64,000 nt of DNA from an uncultured Aestuariivirga sp. Lineage in GTDB: Bacteria > Pseudomonadota > Alphaproteobacteria > Rhizobiales > Aestuariivirgaceae. Made by a program: the position numbers and the translations under genes. Location of the stretch: assembly GCA_964474665.1 (NCBI GenBank), contig CAYYTH010000002.1, forward strand, positions 52,276 through 116,275. The letters run 5' to 3'. Positions 59,740 through 64,000 of the stretch are shown in pieces. Numbering within the stretch: position 1 is the first letter of the stretch; every line of letters begins with the position of its first letter. The notes beneath the pieces are model-generated. The model did not search any database and was not told where the DNA came from. It saw only the letters and a list, made by a program, of their open reading frames with translations.

Positions 59740-60216
59740 TCAAATCCGAGGAATGGCCAGCGCTGACTTCAGTGCCTCGGCCAGCGTCTTGCGTTCCTCG
59801 GGGGCGAGGAACTCGCCCACGGCTACCCGGGTACGCCCGGATACCAGGAGAAGACTGCCGATCAGCTCGCGCTCCCGGTCCTCTTCGATTTCGACGCGCA
59901 CCCAGCGCCGAACGAAGCGCTGTTGCTGGGGCGGGTGCTTGGCACTCTCCCGGTCGAGCACCAGCTCATGTTCGGTAATGGAAATGCGCTCCAGCCGCCG
60001 GGCATCGGCGAAATTCACCCGGAATGCCCACCAGACGAGCAGGACGTCCAGCCCGGCGAATCCGGCGATGGGCCAGGCGCCCAGCGCCACAAACATGCCC
60101 GCCACGACCAGGTTCACGAGGATCACCAGCCCCATGAGGACGTAGAAGCCCTCCCGGGTCAGGCTGCGGTGCGGCGTCAGGGTCGCCTGCCAGACTTTGC
60201 GGTTGCTCTCTTCCAT
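59740..60216 (-). CDS. DUF2244 family membrane protein
   Basis: LTPHRSL, GAWPIAGFAGLDV, FLAPEER; typical position next to nth. Confidence 0.8.
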   Translation of the reverse strand: MEESNRKVWQATLTPHRSLTREGFYVLMGLVILVNLVVAGMFVALGAWPIAGFAGLDVLLVWWAFRVNFADARRLERISITEHELVLDRESAKHPPQQQRFVRRWVRVEIEEDRERELIGSLLLVSGRTRVAVGEFLAPEERKTLAEALKSALAIPRI

Positions 60217-60258
60217 GTCGCTGTTCTACCTCATTGGCTGCAAGGGAACACCGGAGCC

Positions 60259-60918
60259 ATGGCCAAAGCAAGTCGTCTTAAGCCGGAGGAAGTGGAGGAA
60301 ATCTTCCGCCGCTTCCATGCGGCCAACCCCGAACCCAAAGGTGAGCTCCATTACCTGAACGCCTATACCCTGCTGGTGGCCGTAGTACTATCGGCCCAGG
60401 CTACGGACGAGGGGGTGAACAAGGCGACAAAGCCGCTTTTCGCCATTGCCGATACCCCCCGGAAAATGGTTGCACTGGGCGAGGATACGGTACGCGAAGC
60501 GATCAAGACCATCGGTCTTTTCCGCGGCAAGGCGAAGAATGTGATCCTCCTGTCCCAGCAGCTGATTGACAGGCATGGCGGCGAGGTTCCGGATGACCGG
60601 GAGGCGCTGGAAGCCCTTCCCGGCGTCGGGCGGAAAACAGCGAATGTGGTGCTCAACATTGCCTTCGGGCAACCGACCATTGCCGTCGACACACACTTGT
60701 TCCGTGTCGGCAACCGTACCGGGCTTGCCCCTGGCAAGACACCGCTCGAGGTGGAGCTAAAGCTGCTGAAGGTGGTGCCGAAAGCATATGGCAGGCATGC
60801 CCACCACTGGCTGATCCTGCACGGGCGCTATGTGTGCAAGGCGCGAAAACCGGAATGCTGGCGCTGCCCGATCTCCGATATCTGCCGGTTCAAGCCGAAG
60901 ACGCCCGCACCGACTTGA
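60259..60918 (+). CDS. nth: Endonuclease III
   Basis: VAVVLSAQATD, LPGVGRKTANVV, VDTH, C-x6-C-x2-C-x5-C. Confidence 0.97.
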   Translation: MAKASRLKPEEVEEIFRRFHAANPEPKGELHYLNAYTLLVAVVLSAQATDEGVNKATKPLFAIADTPRKMVALGEDTVREAIKTIGLFRGKAKNVILLSQQLIDRHGGEVPDDREALEALPGVGRKTANVVLNIAFGQPTIAVDTHLFRVGNRTGLAPGKTPLEVELKLLKVVPKAYGRHAHHWLILHGRYVCKARKPECWRCPISDICRFKPKTPAPT

Positions 60919-61555
60919 AGAGGTGCGTGAAGTAGGCCGTCGAAAACAGCGGCACAACGAGGTTGACGAAGGGCACGATGGACATGAAGGCCGGCAGCAG
61001 GGCCGCCACGAAGATCGCCGGACTGTTCTCCTTGCGCAGGATCTTGGCCTCCTCGACCGGCATGTGGCGCATCGCGACCATCTCGAAATACTCCCTGCCG
61101 ATCAGATAGGCGTTTGCCGCAATCAGGACGAAAGCCCCGAAACCAAAGAACACGGTGGGCAGAACGGCAAGGTTCACCAGCAGCACGACCACGAAGAACT
61201 GGATGGCCATGAGGATGGCCTTGCCTGCCGGAAGGGGGCTACCCGGCGGATCCAACGGGTAGTGCTTCTCCTCCACTTTTTCCGCGATGCGGTCGAGAAA
61301 GAGACCCGCAAAGGCCGCCGTCACCGGCGACATCAAGAAGAAGAAGAAGGCGACAAGCAGGACAAGGCCTGTACCCAGCCCCACCAGCCCATCGGCCCAT
61401 GGCCAAGAAAAATTGGTGAAACTGGCGATCAGCACCTCGGAAATCACCAGTACCGCGATGAACAGGGCGATCGTCAGCCCCAGCGCCTTGAACAGCACGG
61501 AACGGAAATCAGAGGAAAACAGGTCGCCGAGGGCGCGGAAAGCAGATGTCAGCAT
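60890..61555 (-). CDS. EI24/CysZ-like membrane protein
   Basis: Multiple TM helices; AGLFLDRIAEKVE, YLIGREYFEMVA, VPFVNLVVPLF. Confidence 0.8.
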   Translation of the reverse strand: MLTSAFRALGDLFSSDFRSVLFKALGLTIALFIAVLVISEVLIASFTNFSWPWADGLVGLGTGLVLLVAFFFFLMSPVTAAFAGLFLDRIAEKVEEKHYPLDPPGSPLPAGKAILMAIQFFVVVLLVNLAVLPTVFFGFGAFVLIAANAYLIGREYFEMVAMRHMPVEEAKILRKENSPAIFVAALLPAFMSIVPFVNLVVPLFSTAYFTHLFKSVRASSA

Positions 61556-61633
61556 GGCCCCCACGTAATCAACCCGGCTTGCCAGCGCAAGCAGGCTTCG
61601 CTAGGGCGATGACCACAAGTCAAGGAGATATTC

Positions 61634-62629
61634 ATGACGGCTTCCGGTTTCGACGTCCTCTGCATCGGCAATGCGATCGTCGATGTGATCGCACGGGTCG
61701 AGGACTCGTTCGTTTCCCGCCACGGGCTGGTGAAGGGCTCGATGAACCTGATCGACGAAGCCCGGGCAGAGGAACTCTATGCCGACATGGGCCAGGCAAT
61801 CGAGGTCTCTGGTGGCTCTGCGGGCAATACGGCGGCAGGCGTCGCCTCGCTGGGCGGAAAGGCTGCCTACTTTGGCAAGGTGAAGGCGGACCAGCTGGGC
61901 GCAATCTTCCGCCATGACATGCGGGCACAGGGAGTGGCCTTCGACACGGCCGCCGCGGCCGATGGACCCGCCACTGCACGGTCCTTTATCCTGGTGACGC
62001 CCGACAGCGAGCGCACCATGAATACCTATCTCGGTGCCTGCGTGAATTTCACCACGGCTGACGTCGACCGGAAAGTCGTCGAGGCTGCGCAGGTCACCTA
62101 CATGGAAGGCTATTTGTGGGACCGTCCCGAGGCCAAGGAAGCGTTCAAGCTTGCGGCCAGGATCGCGCGTGCGGCCGGACGAAAGACCTCGATCACGCTC
62201 TCCGATTCCTTTTGCGTCGAACGCCACCGCGACAGCTTCCTCGACCTCATCCGCAATGACATCGACATCGTCTTCGCCAATGAAACGGAGATCAAGTCGC
62301 TATACCAGACTCAGAAATTCGACAACGCGGTCAATGCCATCAGAACCGACTGCCCGATTGCGGTCATCACCCGCTCCGAGAAGGGCTGCGTCGTGGTCAC
62401 GGGCGACGCGGTTCATGCGAGCCCGGCGCACCCCGTGAGCAAGGTGGTGGATGTCACGGGCGCAGGAGATCTGTTTGCGGCGGGCTTCCTCTACGGTTTC
62501 ACCAACGGAAAGACACATGCCGAATCTGCGCGCCTCGGCTCGATCGCGGCAGCCGAAGTGATTTCGCACATTGGAGCGCGGCCCGAGGTGAACCTGCGCG
62601 CTCACGCTGAGACACTCGGACTGCTATAG
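61634..62629 (+). CDS. PfkB family kinase (adenosine kinase-like)
   Basis: [45 protein letters not shown]. Confidence 0.9.
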   Translation: MTASGFDVLCIGNAIVDVIARVEDSFVSRHGLVKGSMNLIDEARAEELYADMGQAIEVSGGSAGNTAAGVASLGGKAAYFGKVKADQLGAIFRHDMRAQGVAFDTAAAADGPATARSFILVTPDSERTMNTYLGACVNFTTADVDRKVVEAAQVTYMEGYLWDRPEAKEAFKLAARIARAAGRKTSITLSDSFCVERHRDSFLDLIRNDIDIVFANETEIKSLYQTQKFDNAVNAIRTDCPIAVITRSEKGCVVVTGDAVHASPAHPVSKVVDVTGAGDLFAAGFLYGFTNGKTHAESARLGSIAAAEVISHIGARPEVNLRAHAETLGLL

Positions 62630-63574
62630 CTTCCTGAGGAAGACACTGCGGATGAAGTGATCAGCGCCCTTCCGCAACACAAGGTCGGCGCGTGGACGCG
62701 TCGGCAGGATGTTTTCCCGCAGGTTGACGAGGTTGATGGTGTCCCAGATGCGTGTCGCGGTCTCCCGGGCCTCCTTGTCGGAGAGCGTGGAATAACGGTG
62801 GAAGTAGGATCTGGGATTGCGGAAGGCGCTGTCGCGAAGCGTAAGAAAGCGTTCGATGTACCAGGTCTTGAGGTCGGCCGTATCGGCGTCGATGTAGACG
62901 GAAAAATCGAAGAAGTCTGAAGTGTTCGGAATGCCGCGGCCATCGCGTGGTGGCCGGCCGGTCTGCAGGACGTTGACGCCCTCGACGATCAGGATGTCGG
63001 GCTGGTCGATCACCGCGCGCTCGTCCTTCAGCACGTCATAGGTCAGGTGCGAATAGAGCGGCGCAGTGACATTGCGCTTGCCGGCCTTGATGTCGGAAAG
63101 GAAACGAAGGATCGCCGGCAGGTCATAGCTCTCCGGAAATCCCTTGCGCGTCATCAACCCCTCGCGCTCCAGCACTGCGTTGGGCAGCAGGAATCCATCC
63201 GTCGTCACGAGATCGACCTTTGGGTGCTTCGGCCAGCGCGCCAGCAGGCGCTGCAGGATACGTGCCGTTGTGCTCTTGCCCACCGCAACGCTGCCTGCCA
63301 TGCCGATCACATAGGGTACCTTGCGGTCGGTGAGGTGGAGGAAATTGTTGGTGGCGCGGAACAGGCCCTGCGTTGCGGCGACGTAGAGGTTGAGGAGGCG
63401 TGACAGCGGCAGGTAGATTGCTTCAACCTCCTGCAGGTCGATCCTGTCGTTGAGACCGCGCAGTTCGTCAAGGTCCTGCTGGATCAGCGTCATTGGTGTG
63501 TCGGCACGCAGCGCCGACCATTCCTCACGCGCAAAGCGGCGGAACGGGGAGACTTCCTTGACGAGTTCTTCCAT
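62624..63574 (-). CDS. coaA: Type I pantothenate kinase
   Basis: [40 protein letters not shown]. Confidence 0.97.
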   Translation of the reverse strand: MEELVKEVSPFRRFAREEWSALRADTPMTLIQQDLDELRGLNDRIDLQEVEAIYLPLSRLLNLYVAATQGLFRATNNFLHLTDRKVPYVIGMAGSVAVGKSTTARILQRLLARWPKHPKVDLVTTDGFLLPNAVLEREGLMTRKGFPESYDLPAILRFLSDIKAGKRNVTAPLYSHLTYDVLKDERAVIDQPDILIVEGVNVLQTGRPPRDGRGIPNTSDFFDFSVYIDADTADLKTWYIERFLTLRDSAFRNPRSYFHRYSTLSDKEARETATRIWDTINLVNLRENILPTRPRADLVLRKGADHFIRSVFLRKL

Positions 63575-63577
63575 GGA

Positions 63578-63910
63578 TCAATCCTTGGGCCGTGCGGCCT
63601 TCTCGGCGATGCCACTCACACCCTGGCGGCGGGCGAGTTCACCCATGACGTCCGACAGTTTCACATCGGAGGCCGCCAGTAGAACGAGCAGGTGATAGAG
63701 GACATCAGCTGCCTCCGCTGTCGTGTGGGTCTTGTCCCGCAAGACGGAAGAAAGAGCCAATTCAACGGCCTCCTCGCCGAATTTCTTGGCGCATTTCTCC
63801 ACCCCTTGCGACAGGAGCTTTGCGGTGTAGGAGGCCTCGGGCGAGGCTGACCTTCGTGCCGCGATCTCATCGGCGAGGGCTGCCAGAACGTCGAGCCGCT
63901 GGTCGGTCAT
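63578..63910 (-). CDS. hisE: Phosphoribosyl-ATP diphosphatase
   Basis: SYTAKLL, KKFGEEAVE, EAADVLYH. Confidence 0.95.
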   Translation of the reverse strand: MTDQRLDVLAALADEIAARRSASPEASYTAKLLSQGVEKCAKKFGEEAVELALSSVLRDKTHTTAEAADVLYHLLVLLAASDVKLSDVMGELARRQGVSGIAEKAARPKD

Positions 63911-63920
63911 ATGCATCGTC

Positions 63921-64000
63921 CTAGCTGAGCCGCATCGGAATGCCGGCGGCAGACAGATGCCGCTTGGCTTCACCGATGGAATAGGTGCCAAAATGAAAGA
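63921..64000 (-). CDS. hisF: Imidazole glycerol phosphate synthase HisF, 3' end only
   Basis: My translation FHFGTYSIGEAKRHLSAAGIPMRLS*; directly upstream of hisE. Confidence 0.8.
   Translation of the reverse strand, partial: FHFGTYSIGEAKRHLSAAGIPMRLS

Noticed and set aside
28134-60918. Concentration of DNA repair genes (mutM, mutS, dut, ada, nth)
   Set aside because: Each sits in its usual rhizobial context; there is no sign of a co-regulated island.

Overview
GC-rich alphaproteobacterial chromosome segment, Hyphomicrobiales/Rhizobiales-like from gene content (regB/regA, irr, frc, olsA/olsB, mmcB, phaZ). About 63 CDS, mostly core genes: PBP1A, mutM, trpS, miaB-phoH-ybeY-corC, maeB, mutS-glnD-murJ, ubiE-ubiB-coaBC-dut, fabA-fabB-fabI, irr, ada, nth, coaA, hisE and the 3' end of hisF. 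I recognised no tRNA, rRNA, CRISPR array, transposase or integrase. Three accessory catabolic loci lie in the left 27 kb. (1) Two tandem Rieske oxygenase alpha subunits with no adjacent reductase, co-oriented with a polyamine-type ABC binding protein and divergent from a BetI-like TetR with a BetI-like operator. (2) A dhaL-dhaM-HPr-EI-orf-dhaK operon with its own PEP phosphorelay, an unannotated HTH-like protein and a long inverted repeat upstream. (3) An UxaA dehydratase / GntR / aldo-keto reductase / L-gulonate-3-dehydrogenase-like cluster beside a FrcBCA sugar ABC transporter. In the core region the notable points are a TsaB-RimI fusion, an Irr-type ICE overlapping an RpoH-like promoter upstream of nfuA, an apparent swap of two conserved rhizobial gene blocks now lying between mutM and ubiE, and patchy codon usage. 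All product calls come from motif and family recognition by eye; no database search was run.
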